A stretch of 64,000 bases of DNA from the human T2T-CHM13v2.0 reference genome, Homo sapiens. The notes under the pieces are model-generated. The model made no database searches, was not told the origin of the DNA, and saw only the letters and a program-made list of their open reading frames with translations. Position 1 is the first letter of the stretch. Each line of letters starts with the position of its first letter. Shown here one piece after another: positions 13,724 to 26,951 of the stretch. The stretch is taken from assembly GCF_009914755.1 (NCBI RefSeq), contig NC_060937.1; one strand, 5' to 3'. Made by a program: the position numbers and the translations under genes.

Positions 13724-16700
13724 TGTATGTATATATATTTTTTAGACATATATGTATTAAACTAAAATTGACTATTCATCAGTATTATACCTGGCATCTT
13801 GAAATTATCAATAATCAATGATTGTAAGGACATACATTTGATTCTTAAAATTATTTACCATTGTAGCATATTACTTAGAATTATTGTTAATATCTTATAT
13901 CTTAAGCATTTTTCTTATAGATCTCAAAATATTATTAACATCTTAAAATGCATTATCAATATTCATATCAAATAAGGTATTTTGGCTGTAACTCGACGTG
14001 AGCATCTCCTTATGTATTTCATATATTGAGATTTTGTAGTTGAAATATAATTATACACTGTATTTATTATTGCAAAAGTCAAATGCGATAATTTGTGATG
14101 ATGGTAATTTATGTATAAAATAATTAGGAACTTTCATGTAACTAACAAATACACATAGAGATTGAAAAGTGATAGCAAAAGTAACTGCAAGTGCATTAGG
14201 TAGATATTGCTGGAATGATCGTTGTGTAATTTATAAGTGGATATAAATCAAAAATTATTTAAATTAAAACTTAAATAATATTTAAGGCAGGATAATAAAG
14301 ATTAGATAATATCACAAATCCAAACTTTGAAGAAATATAAATGGTATTTATAACATAAAACAACATAAATTTTAAAAGCTGTATTTTTTAAAATTCTTAA
14401 TTAAATGCTGACTTGACCTTTAATTTTTCTAAATAAAAATCCTATTTGGGCATTCTTGACATCTTGTAAAAGTGAAGTAAAAGTAGAATATCCACTTGGT
14501 GTCTTCAAAATTTAAAATAAAGAATATATCCAATACCACATAAATAACATCAGTGATTATCAATGAAAAATACGTAGATTAAAAATCATGGAAAGCGTAT
14601 TGGAGAGAAATAGGGTACTCGGATATCGCAAAGGTGCAGTACACTGATTGTAGCAGACATCCAATAGCTAAGTGTGCAGAAGGGATTATTCCTGTGGTTC
14701 CATGTAAAACCTTTAAAATGAAGCCACTCAAAATGTTAAGAGTAAAATGTTTATACTTTAAAAAGTTGATGTATTAGATTTATTCCTATATTGAGAGGTT
14801 AATGCTATGATGACATTAGTCTTTGGTGGAATAATGATTTTAAGACTCGGCCATTAAGAATCTGGATAAAATATTATTTGAGTGTCTTTTTCTCTATGTA
14901 TTAATTCATTCATATATATTTACATAAATTGTTTCTCTGTCTCTGTGTCCATGTTTCTAGCAATCAGTCTTTGAAACATAATGTAATGTTTTTCAGCACT
15001 TCAGATTTTTCACTGCTGAATCCAGGCTGCAGGTGCTTCTTTTTCTCTAACTTTTATTTTCCTTATTTTCCCCACAATTGATAATTTTATTTTGTTCTTA
15101 ATTGTTTTATTCATTACAGACTAGATTACCAACTAGATGGAAAAGTGGCTTTTTTTTTTTTTTTAACAGGGAAAAAGGACCTAGAAAGCACTCAAAAAAT
15201 ACTTTCTTGTTAAGTGATACTAATTTTATAGTCATTTCTTTCTTCTCTTGCTGGAAATAGTCATGGTCCTAATTTTAGACTATAGAATTTAAAGAGAGAT
15301 GAGACTATTGAAAGTACTTTCGTGATTTAAATTTTCAAAAGTGTATCTTAGTGACTACTTATTGACTTTACCATAAAGATATATTTGTCAACTCCATTAG
15401 GATTTAGTTATTTGCCAAAAACAAAAAAAATTTTAAAGAAGAGAGAAGAAAAGCAATTCCATTATTAGAATCTCCATAATGGTATCATCTTTTAACTATA
15501 TTTTGACTACCACCTCCTGTATTTAGAGAGCGTGATGCTAAAAATACCATCTGGGACAACTGGGTTGTAGACTGCAGAAACTACAGCTGTTCTGGGGGTA
15601 AACGTTGATCAATGCCATCTGCATGCCAGTTGTTAATTACTACCATAGCAAAGCTTTTCTTTTTCTTTTTAAAAAATGGAAATAAGGCCACAGCATTAGA
15701 CCTTTCACGCAGCATGGAATTTCTTTCTAAAAATCCTCAGAGTATGGTAACGTAGCGTAATGAATTATATAAATGATGTGTTTGAATACAGTACCACTAG
15801 AGGAATTGACAGCAAAAAGCCAAATATATGTAGCTTAATTCCATAAACTGCTGGAGATAGATACGAAATCTGCAAGACAGGAGAAAATCTTCATTAGGTT
15901 TATAAATTGCATTTACTAAATAGTAAAATACTTATGGCCAACACAAGTGATGATCCTTCAAATTCAGCCTTATCGATTTGGCCTGGGTCCTGAGTCCAGG
16001 AGTTGTGCTAGGCACTCACACATCATAATCTCATTTTAACCTTTTGTAGGTGTAGGGAATAATGCTCACCCAGGACAAAGTACTTGCCCCAAATCACCCA
16101 TTGATTCTTGTAGATTCACAATATAAAATTAAAAGTTAAAATTGGAAAATCAATTCACAAGGAGTGGAAACTAACAAAGGACAATGGAGGTGAAGGAAAT
16201 GTACATGGGGTGGTCTACAAATCCATCCACACTATCAAAAGACTCCCAGGGCATACCCTCCCAACAGTAGGTCAGAAATCTCACCTTCATTCCAGAATGG
16301 CAGCACATTAAAATGAAAAGACTGTGATTTTAGAATCACAAATGGACTGGCATTACTATTTTTAACCTCTAAGTGGAGGTGACAATGACATCCTCTGTAG
16401 CACATTATTCAGAAACTGTTTTTGTAACTATGAAGGTATATTCTTAGCAGGCATTTCAACAACTTAAAAAATTAAGAACAATAACACTCTTTACAGAGTG
16501 CCCATATATTTTCCCTAAATTAATTCCTGCTAATGCTATTTTGCTGAGATGTTAATGAATTCTGCTAAGGTGAAGGTGCAATATAGAATGGCACAGTGGC
16601 AAGAATTTTCACTGAGAGCTCATGACTTCTCTTGTGTTGTCTCTAACTTTAATGGACTTTGGGATAATGATGACAAACATGACAAACATGAAGAAATAGA

Positions 16701-16864
16701 AAAACAGAAATCACAAAAATGGGTCTTACAGTGAAAAACAAAGCTCATCATTCATAGGTAATCAACGGTTGAGCTATAATGAAGTCTGGGTAGAGGTCGC
16801 CACTCTCACTGTCCACCCTCCCGTATGAGGACAAAAGTGACCTGGTGAGACATAATGACCTTAA

Positions 16865-17060
16865 GTCGTGAGACTTGACCCCAGTCCCCGCTTTATGTCT
16901 ACTAACTGCACAACCCAGCCTTTCTGCTGAAGTTTCTTACTCTGTTAGAAGGAAGATAATATAATTTGTCTGACTACTTCTCAAGGACACTGTGAAGGTC
17001 AAATGAAGGAGTAAGGGTGTGAGAAAGAACTCTGTGAGCTCTGAGGGGTGATGTGATAGG
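16865..17060 (+). mobile_element. MIR SINE
   Basis: agtttcttactctgttagaaggaagataat...acttctcaaggacactgtgaaggtcaaatga. Confidence 0.55.
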
Positions 17061-17065
17061 AAGGC

Positions 17066-17242
17066 TTTCCTCCCTGGCTACACACTGGAATCATCTCGGG
17101 GGAGGTAAAATTGCCAATGCCAGGGCCACACTCAAGAACAATTCAATCATAATCTTTGGGAATAAGACCCAGGCATTAATGCATTAATGTTTATTTAAAG
17201 AAGCTCAGTGGCTTCTCTTTGGTAGCCTAGGTTGAGACCCAC
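17066..17242. mobile_element. MER5-family hAT MITE
   Basis: ctggctacacactggaatcatct...gccagggccacac...acccaggcatt...ggttgagacc. Confidence 0.6.
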
Positions 17243-19324
17243 AGGATTATGGGGATGTTAAGAATACTGCTAAATGCACAATGTGCTTGCTGTCTTCCTC
17301 ATTCTGAAATTCCCCACGCAGCCTCTATGGCAAGCCTGCTGAGCCCAGAAAGCCACAGTTTAGCGCCTTCATTACTCACACCCAGTGCTGTAGACCTCCC
17401 TCCTATAGATGGGCTACTGTGAGTGATAGCTGCTAGCTGTGTGCTCACTAGCTATGTGCTAATACAATCCTACAGTTAGATTAGAAAATAGTATGGACTA
17501 AATGACAATTTGAGACCTAAGGAAATGAGATAAAAAGAATTAATGGCATGATATTATGAGGACAAACACCAATACAGAACACATTTCCCCCCAAGATACA
17601 GAGTAGCTAAATACAAATTATCTAAATAATGAAATATTTCCAAACCATGGTAGAAATAGTCATTTATTCAATTATACAGGAACATCTCAAGTTGAATTGT
17701 TTTTAAATAGGAGAAGTGTTTTTAAATGATATTCCCAAATTAGAGTGGAGATATTTGTGATAAATTCAAATGTAGAATTTAGAAACAGATGTGAACTTGC
17801 TGATTATAATTATGCTCATTCTAAGGTGAGGAAATTATTCTCTGGATGGATATGGCAAGCTATCTTCATTGGATTAGATGCTTCAAATTTTTATTTCCTG
17901 TATTTTTTTGAAGTGTTTATTCACCTAATCCTTGAAGGTCCACATGATCCAAGAATCTTTTAAGAAATGTGCTTGATAAAGACCAATTTATTTTTTCAGA
18001 GTCAGCCAACAGTTTCTTACTCCTCAATGGAACAATTAACCGTCAGCGGCCCCATCATACCTCACAGAATTTTAACAATACCATTTCACAGGCAATCTGA
18101 ATCTCTCCAAAAAGCAATCTTCACTCCAACTTGGCTTTTTCCCTGTCATGGCTTATCAATTCCAGCAACAGTATTCATGGAACGTGTGTATGTAGCATAA
18201 ACTCCAGGAAAGAAGGTTGTCAATTTTAAGATATCAATTGAGCAGAGGTCTATCATTAATCTTTGAATCTTATTTTGGAGAAGATTGGACCACACGGCAA
18301 TTATAGTGGTGACTGCTGAGTGCTTGAGACATTGTTTATACATGTCCCATTTAAGAAAAAGCAAGCAGGCTTATGAGCTATGATAAGCCCATCATATATC
18401 TTATACCTGCTTGTCAGCCACACGCCTGACAATTCCTCTTTGCTCTGAAACAATCAGATGACAACTTAGTTGGAAATTATTTAGATAATCCAGATTCCAA
18501 CGATTGAAGAAGGCTCTGTTTCTGAGTCCTGAGTTGTTGTTTTTGTTGTCTAATTATTGTTATTACGATGAGTAAACTGATCCTTTCACAGCACTGATAA
18601 TATAATTCCCAGGGAAGCTTAGGAAAATGAATGAATTGGAACATCTAGCTTTTATACATCCTGTGGGAGCACGAACAGGAGGAAGATATTTTTTCCAGGA
18701 ATTAGTCTGAAAATGTAAAGAGTTAATGCAATTAATTTCTGCTCAACAACAAAATGGTTAGCCACCTTCTCGGGAAGAAGGCAAGGTCAAGAAAATCTGA
18801 AACAGAATGAAGCTGACTTCAAGCAGGATCAAAGCCAGCAACGATGTGGGGAAGTAGACAGGTGGGAGCATCGGCGGAGGCACATGTGAGCTTCCAGACG
18901 TGCTGGAGTGACCAGGTCAAGGCGTTGGCCATGTGTTAGCAAATCTTGCAGCTGCCAAGCTCAGTGCAGGGTGACAGCACCAGTTGCTTAGCATGACGTG
19001 GGGAAAAGATCCAGGCTGAGAGAGGAAACAGGTGCAGGATGGCTCAGGACAAGGGTGGGACGAATGAGTGTCTGTTGTTTGACCGCCATCAGGTCTCTTT
19101 GGTATTGTTTCCAGAGTCAAAGGTAGAGCACAGAAAGGAATCAGAATTATTTTATTTTTATTTACTTAACTTCTGTATCCACTGTACTGAAATATTTGCA
19201 GAAAATGGATATGTGTTTATGCACCAATGAATATTTTAGCCTATGTGCTAATACAATGCTACAGTTCCATAAAGGGATCCAGGAAATGTTTAATGAACTG
19301 CCTCAACATCACTTAAAAGCTCAT

Positions 19325-19500
19325 TCAGGTCAGTGTTTGGGTTTGAATCCCGGCACACCGCTTTCCAGATGTCTGACAATTCCTTCACCTTTCTCTGCCT
19401 CAGTTTCCTCCTATGGACCATGGGGATTGTTCTAGTCACTACTTGATTCCACTGTTGGGAGGATTAAATACATTTATTCTTGATAAAAACACTAAAACAC
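19325..19500 (+). mobile_element. MIR SINE
   Basis: tgggtttgaatcccggc...ttctctgcctcagtttcctc...gggaggattaaat. Confidence 0.75.
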
Positions 19501-20059
19501 TAAAAAATAGCAGCTATTATTTTCTCAAAAGTCTTTTACACAAGTAGTCTAAATATACATCCTGGTGAAACCACTGAATTTGTTAAGGTTTTTTGCATCC
19601 TGACTGGCTGTGTTGAGTGAATTAGCTTGGAGGCAGAGGTATGACTCTCAGAGCAAACTTCAATTAATGAATTGAATTCATCTAGTTACCAGGAATACAG
19701 CAAAAAAATTGAAAAGCTTGAAGTAATTTTTTAAATATAATCAAGAGACTGTCAATTTGTATGTATGTCTTAAGAAACAAATAGAGCAGAAGCAATTTAA
19801 AAAAACATGAGGTCCTGTTCCATCATTTTCCACTTGGTTTACTGCCCAAAGCAGCAAGTTCTTTATGTAATTGAAGAAAAACATATATGTACATGAAAAC
19901 GCACAACTTATAGGTGTACAGGGTGCATTTCTGTAAAGTGAGCCCTTTTATGTAGCCACTGCCTGCATCAAGCTGCAGAGATGTGATGTCCAATGCATGT
20001 GGTTGTTTAGCATTTACCATGCAGTTACCAAAACTGGCTATTTTTATTTATTGTATAAC

Positions 20060-20365
20060 TTTTAAGCATACTTGAAACAACTTTAGCATGTGAATTTACT
20101 TTTTATCTATAAAATTTATAAAATCTAAGTACAGATCAAGAACTTCTGTTGAAAAATTAACATCTGAATTCAGATGAATTGTAAATGTAAAATACGTAAC
20201 TGATTGGAAAGACTTAGTACCAGGAATGTAAAATAACTCAATAAATTCTGTATTTATTCCATGTTAGGTTAAATAAAATATAATGAAAGTATGATCTGTA
20301 TCCTTTTACATTTTAAAAATGTGGCTACCGCTAACCATTTCATCACATGTAGCTTCTATTCTATT
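20060..20365. mobile_element. Charlie1/MER33-like hAT terminal fragment
   Basis: aaatctaagtacagatcaag...gtaaaatac...aagacttagtac...ggttaaataaaatat...aatgtggctac. Confidence 0.7.
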
Positions 20366-20849
20366 AATTTTCATCCAGAATATTCCTACCCTGATGACTA
20401 CTTCGTGCCTGTACCTAGCAGTAGTGGGAGTCTTCTTAGTACTCTTTAATTTCCCATGGTTTGAGAATACCACCATTTATTTATTTACTCATTCTACTGG
20501 TCATTTGGATTATTTTCTTTTTTTTTTTCTTTTTCTGCAATTTGGCTCAAGAAACCAGGCTTTTCTAACCCTTCAGAACCCTACTTTGTATGGAATCTCT
20601 CTATTCCTAACATTGTTGCATGTGGTGTCTCCAATTCTTTCTCGAGGTCATTTTTTTTTTTCTTATACAGTGTAGTTAAATGCAGTCTACTGGACCAGCA
20701 TACACTTTAAATTTTTTTATTTTCATAGATCTTAAGAGGTACAAATGCTGTTTTCCAACCTTTCCTCTAGATTCACGGCAACAGAGGCTCTACTCTTAGA
20801 AATGCTTTCTCGTTGCGTCACATGTACTTCCTGCAGTCTACCCTGCAAA

Positions 20850-21100
20850 ATTGTTTGCTGGCTACTACACCCCATTTCAACGCCAAGACCACATATTTTA
20901 GGTTTTTGTTACAGCAGTAGCTCAAGTCAAGGTACCAATTTCTATTTCAGTCAGAGTGTATGATCTGCCAAAAAAAAATTACCCAGAATCTCAGCTTAAC
21001 ATAACCACAGTTTATTTCTTGCGCATGTCCCCTACTGACTTCATAGTGGGTAGCTACTGCTATTCACACATCAGTCATTCATGAACCCAAATTTTCTTCA
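20850..21100 (-). mobile_element. MaLR internal/LTR junction fragment (MLT1-type)
   Basis: ttttgttacagcag...ggtaccaattt, then LTR-like aatctcagcttaacataaccacagtttatttcttg. Confidence 0.5.
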
Positions 21101-22092
21101 AATGCCTTAACCATTCCAAACTTCTCAGTATCTGAATGGATCATCTGCATTCAGGCAACAAAGGAAGATAGACTTGAGGGGAGAAGAACAGTGTGGCTCT
21201 GAAACACAAACATGGTCTGGTGGAATATCCCAGGAAAAAAAGCATAGCATGGGTGATATCCATCCCAGCCCTTCTCCTCTGCAAAGTCCTTTTCAATTTC
21301 CTTTGGTGCCATCTTAGTTAAATTCTTCTGATCTCCAACATTGGAAATTATCATGTATCATCTTTAATAATGTATTTTCCTCATTTTCAGGGGAATCATT
21401 ATAAATTGTACACTATACCTCCTATATAGATAATCTACATTGCTTATCTTTTCATGTCATTTTTCTTTTTTTCTCTTTTATTGTTCAATTCATATGCACC
21501 TTCCAATTAAAGTTTTGTGAGTTTTGTTGTTGCTTCCTGTTCTTTGACTTGTTTTCCTGGGCCAATTTGTTTTTCTTTGGACTTTCCTTTTCCTATTACA
21601 GAAGTTCTTAAATGACTTAGGTTTCTTGATTGCTCACGTTTAAGAAACAATGACAGAGAAGCTGAATAGGAATTCTGTATGTGTTGGTTAGCCTGTGACC
21701 TGGCAGAGTGCACTCTGTGATGATTGGAAATGAGCCAGCCAGTGAGCTGGAGCACCCTTGAATGTGAAAATAAGTCAGCTTTATGCTAAGATTTCAAAGC
21801 CATCTCCAATTTCCTTGTGTCCCCCTGAACACATCTTCAGAGAATACCCCCAGGAGTTATTTATAGTTGTTTTGTTTTGCTTATGTTTTAGGTGTTACCT
21901 GGGCACACATGATGCTTGAGAGGTGGTTTTAGAGAGAGGATATGGACCACGTTCTCCCATCCTGTCTCTTTTCATACTTAAAATCTCTCCTGGGCTCTGC
22001 CCAGCAGGTGGGCTCCTGCCTCTACTCTCTAAGACTAATTTTCAGCCTAATTTGTCGATAGAGAACTCTGTCTACTTTCTGTCTTCCAAGTA

Positions 22093-22524
22093 CAGTTGAC
22101 CCTTGAACAACAGAAGTTTGAACTTCACATATCCATTTATGCTCAGATTTTCTTCTGCTTCTGCTATCCCTGAGATGTCAAGACTAACTCCTCCTCTTCT
22201 TCCTTCTCAGTCTTCTCAATGCGAAGATGATGAGAATGGAGACTTTTATGATGATCCACTTCCACTTAATGAATAGTGAGTGTATTTTCTCTTCCTTATT
22301 TTCTTAATAACTTTATTTTCTCTAGGTTACTTAATTGTAAAAATACAGCATGTAATACATATAACATACAAACTATGTGTTAACCTACCATTTATGTTAT
22401 CAGTAATGTTTCCAGTCAGCACTAGGCTATTAGTAGTTAAGTTTTGGGGAAGCCAAAACTCACACGTGGTTTTTCAACTACGTAGCAGTCATCAGCCCTA
22501 ACCCCCGAGTTCAAGGGTCAACTG
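22093..22524 (+). mobile_element. Tigger2a (MER28) DNA transposon, complete
   Basis: perfect 16-bp TIRs cagttgacccttgaac / gttcaagggtcaactg, flanked by TA duplications (22091-22092, 22525-22526); 432 bp. Confidence 0.92.
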
Positions 22525-23204
22525 TACTTATTTCCAATCACCATCTGATGGCTCGTACATATCTTTTACTTTTTATATGCTTGTAGACTTTTTTCTTTAT
22601 TTTCAATTACATATATCAGATTTGGGAAAGGAGAGAATATTCTTAATCTATCATTTGAACAGGAGTTCCTGGTTGTTACACTTAAATTGATCCAAGAGAG
22701 GGTATTTCTTTTTCTGGAGGCCAATTGAATGGTGAAATGGAGTTGCAAAGCATTTGGCAGCATATTGATTTCACTGGACTATTTAAGGTAAGTGTGTGGG
22801 ACAGGAGTTCCCTGCTATATTCTGGGGATTTTCAGACTCATTGCAAGATCTAATTGATGGAAGAGCCAGGAATCTGCTTTATTTTTCTCTCACAGAGCTC
22901 AGTATTAGTTTTGTATCAAAAGTGTCATTGTCATTTTGTTTTTATAGATTTGTTTTTCTTTCCCACTCTCTCTTCCCCTCTCCCCTTCTCAAAGCATCAC
23001 AAGACATTTCTTCTTGATACATTGATTATATGGAATTCTCCAAAATTTTAATGATTAAAAGGTGACCCAAATTTTAATTGATGGTTTAATATAAATTGCT
23101 ATCAAATAACAAATAGATAGGGAGTATTTACTTAACAAGATATGAAATTTTGTTTTATGTATTCTATGCGAGAAAATATATTTTGGTGTTAGCTCTTCTA
23201 GCTA

Positions 23205-23420
23205 GTGCTTATTGGATGCTAGACAGTTGATTAAGGGTTTTACATGAATTATCTTGTTTAATCCTCTCAATAGTCTTATAAAATAAAAATAGTATTAACT
23301 CCATTGTAAAGATGGTAAAATTGAGTACTGAAGAGTTTAAGTTGTTTATCTAATGTCTCGTGGCTAACCAATATCAAAAGCAAGATTGAAAAACAGGAAT
23401 TCTGAATCAAAGTCTTAACA
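23205..23420 (-). mobile_element. MIR SINE
   Basis: atcttgtttaatcctctcaa...ccattgtaaagatggtaaaattgag. Confidence 0.65.
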
Positions 23421-24201
23421 GCGAAACACTCCACAGTTAATGCACATGTTCTTCCACTTTGGTCATTTCATACCGTCATTATGATTTCTGCCATGTCCAC
23501 ACCGCACCAAGCTGTGTCTTCATGGTCTTTGGCCGTATTTATGTCCTGCCAATTCTATTGTTTATGTAATATTGGCCTTTTAATGCATTTGCTTTTCTAT
23601 TTCACTTAAATTCATTTTTTTCAAAAAACCCTTATATTTCAAACACAAAAGGAAAACCCTCGTTGTTTTCTGTGTTGTACCAGAGTAGTAGTGTGGTGTA
23701 AGTGTGAGTGTGCAGTGTATAGTCTGAAGTGTGACAGAAAGACCCTGACAGACATGATTAAAGGAGTGAAATTTTATTAGCCAAAGATTAGAAATTTTAT
23801 TAAATGTTAAACCAAACAAAAGACAACTCAGCATATTCACAAATGAAGGTACACCAACTTGCTGGCCCTCACAAAATGTCCCGGGGCCTATGAGGATTCT
23901 GTCAGGCATTAGAATCTCAGATTTTCTATCCTGGTCAGTCTGATTCCCATGACTGTTTTAACATCCAATTTAGACTTAATCCTCACCATTATTTCATGAT
24001 TTTAAAGAGAACTGAAGTGGGAAAAACTTCACTTTGCAATAAAGTGATACTGAACGTCCTATGTGGCTATCACCTACATCAGTTGGGGTATAACCTGTCT
24101 TCGACACTTACACTTTGGGAAACTCCACTCAGTGACACAGCTCCTAAATCAATGAAAGTTTTGTTACTAAACCTTCGGCCAGTTTAATTAAGATGCTCTA
24201 A

Positions 24202-24940
24202 TTCTTGTTGTAGAGCTCTTTCACCTCCCTGGTTAGCTTTATTCCCAGATACTTTATTTTGTGTGTGTGGCTATTGTGAATGGGATTGTGTTCTTGATTT
24301 GGCTCTGAGCTTGGACGTTATTGGTGTACAGAAATGCTACTAATTTTTGTGCATTGGTTTTGTATCGTGAAACATTACTGAAGTTGTTTATCAGTTCTAG
24401 AAGCCCTTGGGCAAAGTCTATGGGATTTTCTATGTATAGATTCATATTGTCTGCAAAGAGAGATAGTTTGGCTTTCTCTCTTCCTATTGGATGTGATTTA
24501 TTTCTTTCTCTTGCCGGATTGCTCTGGCTAGCACTTCCAGTACTACACTGAATAGGAGTGGCAAGAGTGGGCGTCCTTGTCTTGTTCTAGTTCTCAAGGG
24601 AAATGCTTCCAACTTTTGCCTGTTCAGTATGATGTTGGCTGTGGGTTTGTCATAGATCAATCTTATTATTTTGAGTATGTTTCTCCAATGCCTAAATTCC
24701 TGAGGGTTTTTAACAGGAAGGGATATTGAACTTTATCAAAGGCCTTTTCTGCATCTATCAAGATGATTGTGTGATTTTTGTTGCTAATTCTACTTATGTG
24801 GTGAATGAATCACATTTATTGATTTGCAAATGTTAAACCAACCTTGCATCCCAGAAATAAAGCCTACTTGATCATAGTTCATTAAATTTTTTGATGTGGT
24901 GCTGGATTCAGTTTGCTAGCCTTTTGGTTGAGGATTTTTA
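24202..24940 (-). mobile_element. L1PA ORF2 (RT domain) fragment, inverted relative to the adjacent 3' end
   Basis: ORF 24254-24445(-) [44 protein letters not shown] matches L1 ORF2p RT. Confidence 0.9.
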
Positions 24941-25336
24941 TCAACTAAGATTCCCATCAACAGTGAACTGGGTAAAGATGTGGTACATATATACCACAAA
25001 TCATGTCCTTTACAGCAACATGGATGTGCTGGAGGCCATTATCCTAAGCAAATTAATGCAAGAACAGAAAAACAAGTACCATTATGTTCTCAGTTATAAG
25101 TGGGAGCAAAATATTGAATACACAAGGTTGCAAATATGAGAACAATAGATACTGGGGACTGCTTGATAGGAGAAGGTGGGAGGGAGGAATGGGTTAGAGG
25201 CTACCTATAAGGTACTATGCTCACTATCTTGGTGATGGAATCATTTGTACACTAAGCCTCAGCAACATTCAATTTACCCATGTAACAAACCTGCATATGT
25301 ACCCCTGAACATAAAATAAAAGTAGAAAAAATAAAA
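24941..25336 (+). mobile_element. L1PA15/16-like 3' end
   Basis: ctggaggccattatcctaagcaaatt...caatttacccatgtaacaaacctgcatatgtacccctgaac, then A-rich tail. Confidence 0.9.
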
Positions 25337-25950
25337 TTTAGAAATTCTTAATAAATAAAAAAGGAAGTGAGTAGAAGTGTAAAAAAAAAGAGAACTGGTG
25401 TAATAAAAGGAAGAAGCAAGAACCCACATGCTATTTGCGTAAGATGGCTATGTTGTCTAGGAGACAATAAAGTTTGGTAAAGTATTTTATTTAAAACAAA
25501 GATACTCTAGCAAGCTGGTTAGGTTATCAAGTTCTTTCCTAATATCAGAAAAGTAATATTGACTGTTTTATGTGGTTCTATGAGTTTTAACACATATTAG
25601 ATTTGTGTGAAAACCACAATAAGGATAAAGAACAGTTCCATCACCCCCTAAAACTTACTGATGCTGCTCCTTTGCAGACAAACTTCCCCTTACTCAAATG
25701 CCTGGCAATGACGAGCCTGTTCCTTTTCCCTTTAGTTTTTCGTTTTCCAGAGTGTCATATAAATAAAACCCTACAGTATGTAACATTTTGAGACTGAATT
25801 ATTTCATTGGATGTATGTCTTTGAGATTCATCTACATTGTTGAATGTCTCTGTAGTTAATTCATTTTTATTGCTGAATAGTATTCCATCCTATGGATGTA
25901 CTACTGTCTGTCTATCCATTCAGTAATTTGAGGACTGGAGAACATTTGGT

Positions 25951-25954
<4 letters not shown>

Positions 25955-26000
<46 letters not shown>
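25955..26000. repeat. (TG)23 microsatellite
   Basis: direct read. Confidence 0.95.
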
Positions 26001-26004
<4 letters not shown>

Positions 26005-26035
26005 GGTCCAGTATGAATAGAAAGGTTATTAACAT

Positions 26036-26393
26036 AGATATAATTTGGCTCTGTGTCCCTCCCCAAATCTCACCTTGAATTGTAATGATCCCCACATGTC
26101 AAGAGTAGCAACAGGTGGAGGTAATTGGATCATGGGGGCAGTTTCCCCCAAGCTGTTCTTGTGATAATGAGTGAGTCTCATGAGATCTGATGGTTTTATA
26201 AGCACCTGGCATTTCTCTTGATGGCATTCATCCTCTCTCCTGCAGTCCTGTGAAGAGGTGCCTTCCACGATGATTGTAAGTTTCCTGAGGCCTCCCCAGC
26301 CATGCAGAACTGTGAGTCAATTAAACCTCTTTTCTTTATAAATTACCCAGTCTTGGACATTTCTTTATAGCAGTGTGAGAACAGACTAATACA
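26036..26393 (+). mobile_element. THE1 (THE1D-like) MaLR solo LTR
   Basis: gatataatttggctctgtgtccc...ccaaatctcaccttgaattgta...gtttcctgaggcctccccagccatg...acagactaataca. Confidence 0.93.
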
Positions 26394-26548
26394 CTCATCA
26401 CAAGTTTTTGTGTGAATATAATTTTTAATTTCTTTAGAATAAATCCCTAACAGTAGTATTCTGGTCATAAAGTCAGTGTATATTAACTTTTTAAAGAAAC
26501 TTGCAAACAGTTTTTCAGAGAGTGGCTCTGTCATTTTTTTTATTCCCA

Positions 26549-26951
26549 GGAGGGAATTGTAGCTATGCATGTCAGGAGAGAATCTGACACTAATGATGAT
26601 ATTCCACATGCAGAGATTCAGAGATTAAGGTGACTCTTCCAGTGAAGACAGATGAAAGCCATTTGGCATTGTACCTTTGTTGATCTAAACTAACAAAGGA
26701 CATAGGGCTGTGTGTGTGTGTGGGTGTACACATACATCTATAGGCATGAATGAGGCAAAAAGCCACTGACTTATAGCTCAGGAAACCTAAAGTCAAGTTT
26801 TTGTTTTTACCCTGTAGAACTAAAGTGTGTAAAGTTTCAAGTTTTAACTAAAAATCGTCCTAAAAGACCACCAATGTTAAACAAGTGTTTCATGTATAGT
26901 AGACGTGTCTTTAAGCAATAAAAATTCCAAGAGCTGAATAAAGAAAAAAAA
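26549..26951 (+). pseudogene. Probable 5'-truncated processed pseudogene (end of CDS plus 3' UTR of an unidentified mRNA)
   Basis: Non-TE-like 400-bp block splitting the host L1M; AATAAA at 26917-26922, then A-rich tail 26937-26951; possible CDS end ...DSSSEDR* (TGA 26653-26655). Confidence 0.7.

Noticed and set aside
16549-16734. ORF containing MNSAK, the same as the HSMAR2 transposase N-terminus
   Set aside because: Only a ~14-nt match with no mariner similarity downstream; coincidence
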